This document shows, in pieces, positions 8,835 to 15,948 of a stretch of DNA of 64,000 nucleotides (the stretch's first letter is position 1; each line of letters begins with the position of its first letter). Source of the DNA: an uncultured Candidatus Binatia bacterium (lineage in GTDB: Bacteria > Desulfobacterota > Binatia > DP-6); assembly GCA_964618895.1 (NCBI GenBank), contig CAZUDO010000100.1, positions 1,044-65,043 on the forward strand, given 5' to 3'. The notes beneath the pieces were generated by a model. That model was not told where the DNA came from. It saw only the letters and a list, made by a program, of their open reading frames with translations, and did no database searches. A program made the position numbers and the translations under genes.

Positions 8835-9062
8835 GTGGACAGCCTGAAGCGCATCCGGAAGGCGAAGGGGTTGAGCTTGACCGAGGTTGCGAGCCGCACC
8901 GGACTCTTCCGCGAGGCAATCGCGCGGCTCGAGCGATCGGACACCGACCCGAGGGCCTCGAGCTTGCTGCTCCTCGCCCGAGCCTACCGGGTCCCGGTCT
9001 GCGAATTGTTCGATGAGGGAGGACATGACCACGGACGGCACCGAGCGCGACGACGGTCGTAA
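8835..9062 (+). CDS. XRE-family helix-turn-helix transcriptional regulator
   Basis: MDSLKRIRKAKGLSLTEVASRTGLFREAIARLERSDTDPRASSLLLLARAYRVPVCELF is a classic Cro/CI-type HTH. Sits immediately upstream of the integrase. Confidence 0.6.
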   Translation: MDSLKRIRKAKGLSLTEVASRTGLFREAIARLERSDTDPRASSLLLLARAYRVPVCELFDEGGHDHGRHRARRRS

Positions 9063-10242
9063 GCGCGGCGACCGCGGCATCTTCGAGCGTCCGAAGGGCT
9101 CGGGTGTCTGGTACGCGCGCTACCGTGACGAGCACGGTCGTTTGCACCGGGAGAAGGTCGGTCCGAAAGGGCTCGCGCTAAAGGTCTACCAGAAGCGGCG
9201 GACAGAGATCACCGAGCGCCGATTCTTCCCGGAACGCATCCGCCGGCCGGATATCCTGGTCAGCGTCGCCATCGACGACTACCTGGTCCGACTCAAGGGA
9301 AGGTCGCGCAGCTATCGCAACTGGGATCGCTGCGGCAAGGTCTGGAAGGCGGCTCTTGGCAACAAGACACTCCGCGAAGTGCTGCCCGGCGACATCGAAC
9401 GCTTTCGCGCACGGCGACGAGGTGAGGGCCTCGCACCGGCGAGCGTGAACCGGGAGCTGAGCTTCCTCCGAAGCGTCTTCAACGCCGCCATCGAGGATGA
9501 GAAGATCGAGAAGAATCCGGTCAGGTCGAAGTTCCTCTCCAAGGAGGCGAACCAGCACGTCCGTTATCTGACCCAGGAGGAGGAGGTCAGTCTCAGGGCA
9601 GCTATCGGCGAGGCTGAGTGGCCCAAGGTCGCGGTCGCCCTTCTTACCGGGCTTCGCCAAGGGAATCAGTTCCATCTCGCCTGGGCCGATGTTCACTTCG
9701 ATACCGGCATCATCCGTGCGCGCCAGTCGAAATCAGGCGAGGACTATTTCATCCCCATGAACGAGGAGCTGCGCGCTATCCTCCGCGCCCTGCCCTCGCG
9801 GCTACGTAGCGCCTGGGTCTTCCCGAGCGAAACCGGCGAGACACCCCTCGACGCGAAAAACCACCTGCATCGCGCCTTTCTTCCGGCGCTGCGTCGGGCC
9901 GGTGTACGTGACTTCCGCTGGCATGATCTGCGACACACGTTCGCTTCGAGGCTCGTGATGGCGGGGGTGGACATTCGCACGGTGCAGGAACTGCTAGGCC
10001 ACAAGACGCTCACGATGACAATGCGCTATGCGCACCTGTCGCCGGCTCACAAGCTCGAGGCCGTACAGCGCCTTTCGCTCGCGCCAAGTAGCACCACAGG
10101 TAGCACCGACGACGCATCCGTGAAGATCGCCGTAGAGGGCGGCGCCGAAGTACGCAACCTGCCACCCGAATTGAGTGAGCCGTGCCGGGATCGAACCGGC
10201 GACCCGCTGCTTAAAAGGCAGCTGCTCTACCAACTGAGCTAA
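9025..10242 (+). CDS. Tyrosine-type site-specific integrase; ORF has no stop until inside the tRNA-Lys gene
   Basis: C-terminal catalytic region HDLRHTFASRLVMAGVDIRTVQELLGHKTLTMTMRYAHL (R..HxxR..Y). N-terminal phage-integrase SAM-like region. 3' tail overlaps tRNA-Lys. Confidence 0.85.
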   Translation: MTTDGTERDDGRKRGDRGIFERPKGSGVWYARYRDEHGRLHREKVGPKGLALKVYQKRRTEITERRFFPERIRRPDILVSVAIDDYLVRLKGRSRSYRNWDRCGKVWKAALGNKTLREVLPGDIERFRARRRGEGLAPASVNRELSFLRSVFNAAIEDEKIEKNPVRSKFLSKEANQHVRYLTQEEEVSLRAAIGEAEWPKVAVALLTGLRQGNQFHLAWADVHFDTGIIRARQSKSGEDYFIPMNEELRAILRALPSRLRSAWVFPSETGETPLDAKNHLHRAFLPALRRAGVRDFRWHDLRHTFASRLVMAGVDIRTVQELLGHKTLTMTMRYAHLSPAHKLEAVQRLSLAPSSTTGSTDDASVKIAVEGGAEVRNLPPELSEPCRDRTGDPLLKRQLLYQLS

Positions 10243-10248
10243 CGGCTC
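10176..10248 (-). tRNA. tRNA-Lys (anticodon UUU)
   Basis: Manual fold: acceptor GAGCCGT/ACGGCTC, D arm GCTC-AGTTGGTA-GAGC, anticodon arm GCTGC-CTTTTAA-GCAGC, T arm GCCGG-TTCGATC-CCGGC, discriminator A. 73 nt; no encoded CCA. Confidence 0.9.
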
Positions 10249-10479
10249 GAAGGTGTAAAGACGCGGAGTTACACGTCCGCCGGGTGGGGCGCAAGGACCG
10301 CTGTACAGCGGCTGTGCAGGAACAATGGCAAGGGACTACCGTACTCCGCCCTGCCCCGGCCTATCGTGTCCTTTCGGCAGAGCTGCGTAGACGCGGGCGT
10401 TCAACCAGCGCGGGCGCGAGCCCGGCTACACATTCCTGCTCATGGCGTTGGGCCGGTCCTCGGTGGCGGCTTGACCGTT

Positions 10480-10757
10480 GTGCTCTTGCCGCTTGCCGCT
10501 TCTCGGCGGGCACGTCGTGCTTCCTGACGATGTACACGCTCGGCGGCTCCTTCGGCCCGCTGGTGACCGGGACACTGAGCGACACGCTGGCCCTGCGCGC
10601 GGCGACCGCGGCCGGTTCCTGCCTCGTGACCGAACAGTTCAAGGCCGTCGGGTTACAGCAGGCGATGCTCGTGATCCCGGCGCTGGCCGTCGGACTTGCG
10701 ATCGTGCTCTGGGCCGGCGCGCGAACGTTCCTGAACGACGCCCTCCGCCGCGCCTGA
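10480..10757 (+). pseudogene. C-terminal remnant of an MFS-type transporter (about 77 codons with coding signature; no plausible N-terminus)
   Basis: FLTMYTLGGSFGPLVTGTLSDTLALRAATAAGSCLVTEQFKAVGLQQAMLVIPALAVGLAIVLWAGARTF shows transmembrane composition and high GC3. Upstream in-frame sequence is Arg/Cys-rich noise. Confidence 0.4.
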
Positions 10758-10891
10758 CGAACGCCGAGCATCCCGTCGGCGGCCAGCGGATTGAGTCCGC
10801 AGTCGGGCGGTGGTACCTCTGACCCGCCGGCACACGTGGTGCCGGGTTTCCCGCGCCCGCCGCGAGCTGGTCGGTCGAGTGGAGGTCGAGG

Positions 10892-11524
10892 ATGACGAGG
10901 AAGATGTTCGTGGGAGTCGCGCTCACCAGCGCCACGGTGTGGATGGCGGCGGCGGCCGTCGATGCGACGGTGCTATGCCAGAAGAAGTCGGGCGCCGTGT
11001 TCGCCAGAGACACCGCGTGCAAAAAGAAGGAGACCCCGCTCGACGCGACGTCGCTGCTCGGCACGTTGCCCACGCGATTGACCGCGCTCGAGTCGAGCGT
11101 GATCACGCTTCAGTCGGACGTGAGCTCGCTGGATGACATCCGCGAAGTGCAATCGCTCACCGGCCTGGCCGCGCTGACCTCGTTCACGCATGACGCGGAT
11201 CTTGCCTCGCTGAGCTTCACCAATACCCATAGCGGCCACGCCAGAATCAGCGTGACGATTTCGGCATCCGCAACGTGTGCCGGGGGCTTGCCGTTCGGCG
11301 TGTTCTACCTCACGCTTGACGGCGTCGACATTGCCGACAGCGGCGGCGCGATACCTGACACCGGAACGCTCTATCCGCTTCGACTGGTCGGCACGACGGC
11401 CGCCGTAGTCGATCCAGGTACGCACACGGTGCAGGTTGCCCTCGACTGCCTCTCGGGCGGCAGCGGGTACGCGTACGCACCGTACATCGACGGCGACGTC
11501 ACGATCATCCGCGTCACGTCGTAG
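10892..11524 (+). CDS. Secreted protein, VLC-ETPxD family paralogue 3 (coiled-coil stalk instead of collagen-like stalk)
   Basis: Signal peptide ending VDA. Mature N-terminus TVLCQKKSGAVFARDTACKKKETPLDA shares the motif with the 2308 and 3092 genes. Heptad-like LESSVITLQSDVSSLDD. Beta-rich C-terminal domain. Confidence 0.65.
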   Translation: MTRKMFVGVALTSATVWMAAAAVDATVLCQKKSGAVFARDTACKKKETPLDATSLLGTLPTRLTALESSVITLQSDVSSLDDIREVQSLTGLAALTSFTHDADLASLSFTNTHSGHARISVTISASATCAGGLPFGVFYLTLDGVDIADSGGAIPDTGTLYPLRLVGTTAAVVDPGTHTVQVALDCLSGGSGYAYAPYIDGDVTIIRVTS

Positions 11525-11635
11525 GGTTCCGTCGACCGGGCGTCGAGCGGCACGCGGCAACCTACCCGCCCGGCCGGTGGTCCTCGAACGCGGCGGCTTC
11601 GTCGTGGTCGTTGCAGCACAGGGATGGCGCGAGCG

Positions 11636-12031
11636 CTACGGCGTCATTTCCTCGAGCAAGCTGCTGGAGACCACCTCCCGCGTCCCGCTCGCATCCAGCT
11701 CCTTGACCAGCTTCTGATACTCGGCGTCGCTCCGGACCTTCGTGAACCCCTTCGCGAACGCTTCCATGCTGGGGTACTCGATCCCAACGAAGATCAGGCC
11801 GGAGTCCGCGCCGGCCAGCGTCGCACGCCAGACGCGGATCGTGCCACCGGCTTCGATGCGCTTCGAAATAGCGTTCAGCTGCTTCACCTTCTGCAGGTAG
11901 GCCTCCTGATCGCCCTTCAGCTTCACGGTGAGGACGCTGAGAACGGACCGGGGCTCCGCCGCCGCGGCGGGCGCCGCGGCCCACAGGACGAACCCCATTA
12001 CGATGACGAGCTGCTTCCAGGACGATTTCAT
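11636..12031 (-). CDS. Small secreted protein of unknown function
   Basis: MKSSWKQLVIVMGFVLWAAAPAAAAEP signal peptide. Balanced Lys-rich composition. GGAGG 8 nt upstream of ATG. TTGACA -35-like element upstream. Confidence 0.65.
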   Translation of the reverse strand: MKSSWKQLVIVMGFVLWAAAPAAAAEPRSVLSVLTVKLKGDQEAYLQKVKQLNAISKRIEAGGTIRVWRATLAGADSGLIFVGIEYPSMEAFAKGFTKVRSDAEYQKLVKELDASGTREVVSSSLLEEMTP

Positions 12032-12120
12032 CCGAACAACCTCCCCTGCTGGTCCTGGCACCTGGCTCCATGCCCGTGCCGATGGGAGCTGAGTACGTCG
12101 CAGGCATATCCGCTGTCAAG
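12032..12120 (-). promoter_or_regulatory. Putative sigma-70-type promoter and RBS of the small secreted protein gene
   Basis: On the minus strand: TTGACA (plus 12114-12119) followed about 18 nt later by TACTCA. GGAGG (plus 12040-12044) lies 8 nt before ATG. Confidence 0.35.
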
Positions 12121-12320
12121 AAAGCGCACGACGTTCGGGCCGAACCTCCGCGTCACCACCGCCTCGAGCGAATCCGGGCCCTCCGGCGCGATTGCCCAGA
12201 TCGACGACTACATCACCGCGGTCGCCGACGGCACGGGCTGGCACCTCGCCTGGACCGACAAGCGTCCCGTCGATCTCGGCATCTACTACGGCTTCGTCGC
12301 GAAGTAGAGGGTCACGCCCA

Positions 12321-13472
12321 TCATGGCGGTGGCGGTGTGTCGCGCTCATCGTCGAGACCCGTGCGCCGTTGGCCGCGCGTCCAGAAGTAGTTCCACGCGC
12401 CGTTGGCGTTCAGCGGGATCCCGGGCTCGAACGTCGCCGGCGTCCCGCCCGCATCACGATGCAGGCTCCAGCGCTCGTAGAATTTCGTCGTCGGGCAGTC
12501 CCAGCACGGGAGCCGTCGTGCGTCGGACGACCCCTGGCGGCGACGGAACAGGCCGCGGGCCGTGCGGTAGCGAGGATGGTTCCACGCCTCCTGGAAGCTC
12601 CGCGCGGAGACGACGGGTGCGAAGTCGTCGAATCCCTGAAATACTCCGCGACAGGGCGCCAGCATGCCGTCGACCGTGAGCACCGGCTGCCCCCACAGGA
12701 ACGGGCAGGGGTGAGGCGTGTGCGACAGGAACCACGGGGGCCAGCCATCCTGCCGTTCCCACGCCGGGTCGGGCACGGCACCACGCAACGCGAGCAGCCG
12801 CATGTCGAGCTCCGTCGCCAGCCGCTGCATGGCGTCGCCCTCGTCCGTGTTGCAGGGGAACTGGAGGAACTGCAGGGTCAGCCGCGGCAGGTCGGTCGCG
12901 AGCCGTGCCTTGGCGGCCGCCACGAGGCGGCAGTTCTCGATGACCTTCGCCAGGTCCCCGCCGACGCGGTAGCGCTCGTAGACGGCCTGCGTGGCGCCGT
13001 CGATGGAGACGAAGAGGTCCGTGAGGCCGCTCGCCACCAGCCGTTCGGCGTCATCGCTGGTGAACGGGATACTCAGATGGGTGTTCACGCGGGTGGCGAT
13101 GCCACGCGTGCTGGCGGCCGCGATGATCGCCGGCAGGTCGGGATGGAGCATCGCCTCGCCCCAATTGAAGACCTCGATCAGCAGCAGGTAGTCGCCGATC
13201 TCGTCGAGCAGGGTGAGGTAGGGCTCGAGCGGCATCATCCCCGGCCGCCGGCCGAAGCGTCCCGCCCCGGTGTGGCAATGCGGGCAGCGCAGGTTGCACA
13301 CGTTGGTCGGCTCGATGACGAGGCGCGTAGGCCGAGAGCGGAGGATCGGGCGCAGCCGTCGCAGCTCGTAGCGGTTCAGGTAGAGGTTCGCGAGCCGCCG
13401 CCAGGTGAGGCGGTAGCCGCTGATGTCATCGGGGAGTCGCAGAAAGTCGCGCAGCCCGGCCACCCCCGACAT
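12321..13472 (-). CDS. Radical SAM/SPASM-domain protein (paralogue A)
   Basis: CNLRCPHC (Cx3Cx2C). FNWGEAMLHP (GGE-like). C-terminal Cys-rich SPASM-like region CPFLWGQPVLTVDGMLAPC...CWDCP. Start ATG overlaps the stop of paralogue B (TGATG). Confidence 0.85.
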   Translation of the reverse strand: MSGVAGLRDFLRLPDDISGYRLTWRRLANLYLNRYELRRLRPILRSRPTRLVIEPTNVCNLRCPHCHTGAGRFGRRPGMMPLEPYLTLLDEIGDYLLLIEVFNWGEAMLHPDLPAIIAAASTRGIATRVNTHLSIPFTSDDAERLVASGLTDLFVSIDGATQAVYERYRVGGDLAKVIENCRLVAAAKARLATDLPRLTLQFLQFPCNTDEGDAMQRLATELDMRLLALRGAVPDPAWERQDGWPPWFLSHTPHPCPFLWGQPVLTVDGMLAPCRGVFQGFDDFAPVVSARSFQEAWNHPRYRTARGLFRRRQGSSDARRLPCWDCPTTKFYERWSLHRDAGGTPATFEPGIPLNANGAWNYFWTRGQRRTGLDDERDTPPPP

Positions 13473-14671
13473 CAGCTCGCCGTGCGGGTGCCGGAGGCGG
13501 CCGTCCGGCCGGTGGTCCGGGCCCGGGTCCAGAAGTAGTTCCAGATGCCGTTCAGACTGTAGCCGACGTCAAAGGTCTCTCGCGTGCCGCCGGCCGCGTG
13601 ATGGTGCTTCCACCGTTCCCACATGTGCGTGTTCGGGCAGTCGAAGCACATCTGTGCCCGCTCCTCGGCCGTGCCGTCGCGCCGATGGTAGAAACGGCGG
13701 GCGCTCCGGAAGCGCGGGCCGTTCCAGATGTCGCGGAAGCGCACGCTCGCGAGCTGACCCGGATGGACGGCCAGGCGCCCCATGTCGTCGGCGGCGTCGA
13801 ACCCGCCCCGGCAGGCGAGCACGCCCCCGTCGGTCGACACCACGGCCGTCCCCCACAGGAAGATGCACGGGAGCGGCACGGGAACGGCACAGTAGTCGAA
13901 CCGGCCCGCCGCGTCCCAGTCGGGTCCGGGCACGACCCCCTTGAAGAAACGCAGCTCCGCCCCCAGCTCCCGCGCCATCGCCCGCATGCCGTCGACATCG
14001 TCGACGTTGTGCGGAAAGACGTGAAACTCAAGATAAAGCCGCGGCCCCGTCCGCCCCAGACGGCGTTTCGCGTCGGCGACCAGCCGGCAGTTGTGCTGTA
14101 CCCGTTCCAGGTTCCCGCGGACGCGGTACTGTTCGTAGCTTTTCTGATCCGCCCCGTCGACCGAGACCGTCAGCTGGGTGAGCCCCCCGGTGACCAGTCG
14201 CTCGGCCCGGACACGATCGAACGGGGCCATGAAGCTCGTGTTGATGAAGGTCGCAATGCCCCGCGCACTCGCCGCTTCGATCATCGGATAGACGTGCGGG
14301 TTCAGGAGGGGTTCGCCCCACTGGAACATTTCGATCTCGAACAGATGGTCGCCGAGCTCGTCCAGGAGCCGCGCGTAGAGATCGAGCGTCATCAGGGCCC
14401 GCGGACGGCCGATCTCGCCGGCGCCGGTGAGACAATACGGACACCGCAGGGTGCAGGCATTGGCGGGTTCGATCACGAGCCGGGTGGGATACGACCGCAG
14501 CGTCGTCCGCCCGAGCAGATACTCGAGGTGGTTGAGGTAGAGGTTCAGCCGCCGCTTGCGCGTCACCCGGTACCCTCCGAGTGGGGGCAGCCCGAACAGC
14601 TGCTGCGGCGTGAGGGCGATCGGATGTACGGTGCGCCACCAGCGCGCGAGCCGTCGGCGTAGGCGCGACAT
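13472..14671 (-). CDS. Radical SAM/SPASM-domain protein (paralogue B)
   Basis: CTLRCPYC, FQWGEPLLNP, CIFLWGTAVVSTDGGVLAC...CFDCP. About 55% identical to paralogue A, including the C-terminal WNYFWTR. Start MSRLRRRL chosen at 14671 by alignment with A. Confidence 0.85.
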   Translation of the reverse strand: MSRLRRRLARWWRTVHPIALTPQQLFGLPPLGGYRVTRKRRLNLYLNHLEYLLGRTTLRSYPTRLVIEPANACTLRCPYCLTGAGEIGRPRALMTLDLYARLLDELGDHLFEIEMFQWGEPLLNPHVYPMIEAASARGIATFINTSFMAPFDRVRAERLVTGGLTQLTVSVDGADQKSYEQYRVRGNLERVQHNCRLVADAKRRLGRTGPRLYLEFHVFPHNVDDVDGMRAMARELGAELRFFKGVVPGPDWDAAGRFDYCAVPVPLPCIFLWGTAVVSTDGGVLACRGGFDAADDMGRLAVHPGQLASVRFRDIWNGPRFRSARRFYHRRDGTAEERAQMCFDCPNTHMWERWKHHHAAGGTRETFDVGYSLNGIWNYFWTRARTTGRTAASGTRTAS

Positions 14672-15014
14672 CGACGCTCCCCTCCGTGCCTGCTGGTCTA
14701 CACCCCTGGGTCCGTGCACGGCAAGCGAGCGGGCGTCGATGTGCAGGGGGGGGTTCTCGAGTTGACCCGCGCGGCGCAGGGCGTCACGATGGTCGACATC
14801 GGACACCCCGACGACTCCTTGGCAAACACCCCAAGGAATCGGATAGAGGAACTGGAGCCGGTCCATAGGGGACCGATCCGAACGGTCCCCCGATGTCCGG
14901 GGGAGCCCCGATGCGGGACGGCTTCCCGCGAAGGCGAGTGGTTGAAAATTGCGGATGACGCAGCACACACGCAGCGTCGCACTCCGGCAATTCAAAACCC
15001 AGTAGGAGTAGGCG

Positions 15015-15221
15015 ATGCGTACGACAGGAACGGTCAAGTGGTTCAACGACGAAAAGGGCTTCGGCTTCATCACGCGTGACGACGGCGAGAAGGACGTCTT
15101 CTGCCATCACAGCGCGATCAAGTCCGACGGCCATCGGAGCCTTCGTGAAGGCGCCAAGGTCGAGTTCGACGTGGTCCAGGGCGCGAAGGGCCCGGCCGCG
15201 GAGAACGTCGTGCCCCTCTAG
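15015..15221 (+). CDS. cspA: Cold-shock protein (CspA family)
   Basis: [35 protein letters not shown] with RNP motifs KGFGFI and VFCHH. 68 aa. Confidence 0.9.
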   Translation: MRTTGTVKWFNDEKGFGFITRDDGEKDVFCHHSAIKSDGHRSLREGAKVEFDVVQGAKGPAAENVVPL

Positions 15222-15244
15222 GACGAGCCGCAGACGAGACCGCA

Positions 15245-15272
15245 AGAGGGGCGGGCCCCGCCCGCCCCTCTT
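15245..15272. terminator. Bidirectional terminator-like hairpin between convergent csp and NYN genes
   Basis: AAGAGGGGCGGG-cccc-CCCGCCCCTCTT is a perfect 12-bp stem lying 24 nt after the csp stop. Confidence 0.45.
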
Positions 15273-15287
15273 CGCCGACCGGCGCCG

Positions 15288-15683
15288 TCACGGCGCCGCT
15301 GTCGCATCCAGTCGCCGCAGCCACTCGCGGGCACTCACCACCTGTGCCCCCAACCCGCGCACTCTCGCCTGCAGCGCGCGATCCGACGTGACCACGCGCA
15401 CGCCGGCGGGTGCCGGGTCGGACGCCACCAGCTCGACGATGCGGTCGTCGGCCGCGTTGGCCCCCGCGCGCACCGCATACACGACGCGCACGCCATCTTC
15501 CTCGCCGTCGGGGAGGTGAGGCGGCGGCCGGCCGTCGACCACGAGCGTCACCGGCTCGCGGGTGACGGCGACCAAGCGCCGGGTCGCGCCCAGCAGACGG
15601 CGCACGGCGGCGCCGCGATCGCGCCACCATCCGGTCGGACGCGATCCGATGACGTTCATCGCGTCGACGATCCACACCGTCAT
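15288..15683 (-). CDS. NYN-domain (YacP-like) predicted ribonuclease
   Basis: MTVWIVDAMNVIGSRPTGWW...LVVDG...VVYA...ADDRIVELV...VVTSDRAL. Acidic residues sit at the positions expected for a PIN/NYN fold. Confidence 0.7.
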   Translation of the reverse strand: MTVWIVDAMNVIGSRPTGWWRDRGAAVRRLLGATRRLVAVTREPVTLVVDGRPPPHLPDGEEDGVRVVYAVRAGANAADDRIVELVASDPAPAGVRVVTSDRALQARVRGLGAQVVSAREWLRRLDATAAP

Positions 15684-15948
15684 CGGGGACGGCCCAGCGT
15701 CATCCCGCAAGCGCCCGCAAAAGCGCCGCGGCCCGGCGCCGGGTGAGCCGGCATTCGGCACTCCGCATCATGACCCAACGGCTCCCACCCCGGAGAATTC
15801 CTCGTCCGCCGGCAAAACGCCAGCGGCCAGGCCCCACCCGGGGGGCGGGCCTCCCCGATCCGGGGGACGCTACCCAGTATTCTTGACGCCTTCGCGCGAA
15901 CGAGAGTACGACCAGCCCACCTCGCCCGCGACCCACAGGAGGTGCCGC

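Larger units (their letters stand above)
4838..10175. mobile_element. Integrative element (P4/PICI-like satellite core: AlpA-like HTH, primase-helicase, excisionase-like HTH, XRE regulator, tyrosine integrase) inserted at the 3' end of tRNA-Lys; left boundary uncertain (about 3850-4900)
   Basis: Integrase gene points at and reads into the 3' end of tRNA-Lys. The gene set is typical of small primase-helicase integrative elements. There is a local GC dip at 4833-4880. The att direct repeat could not be located by eye. Confidence 0.6.

Noticed and set aside
11624-12307. 227-aa plus-strand ORF
   Set aside because: Its first two-thirds is antisense to the well-supported 131-aa secreted-protein gene, which has a signal peptide and an RBS. 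Only the last about 60 codons show a coding signature, and those are reported separately as a start-less frame.
14672-15073. N-terminal 134-codon extension of the second radical SAM ORF
   Set aside because: It overlaps the csp coding region and its leader. Alignment with the paralogue places the true start at MSRLRRRL (14671).
15562-15948. N-terminal 129-codon extension of the giant TSP3 ORF
   Set aside because: It overlaps the NYN gene on the other strand and has Arg/Pro-rich composition. The signal peptide and AGGAGG-TTG start at 15949 explain the gene.
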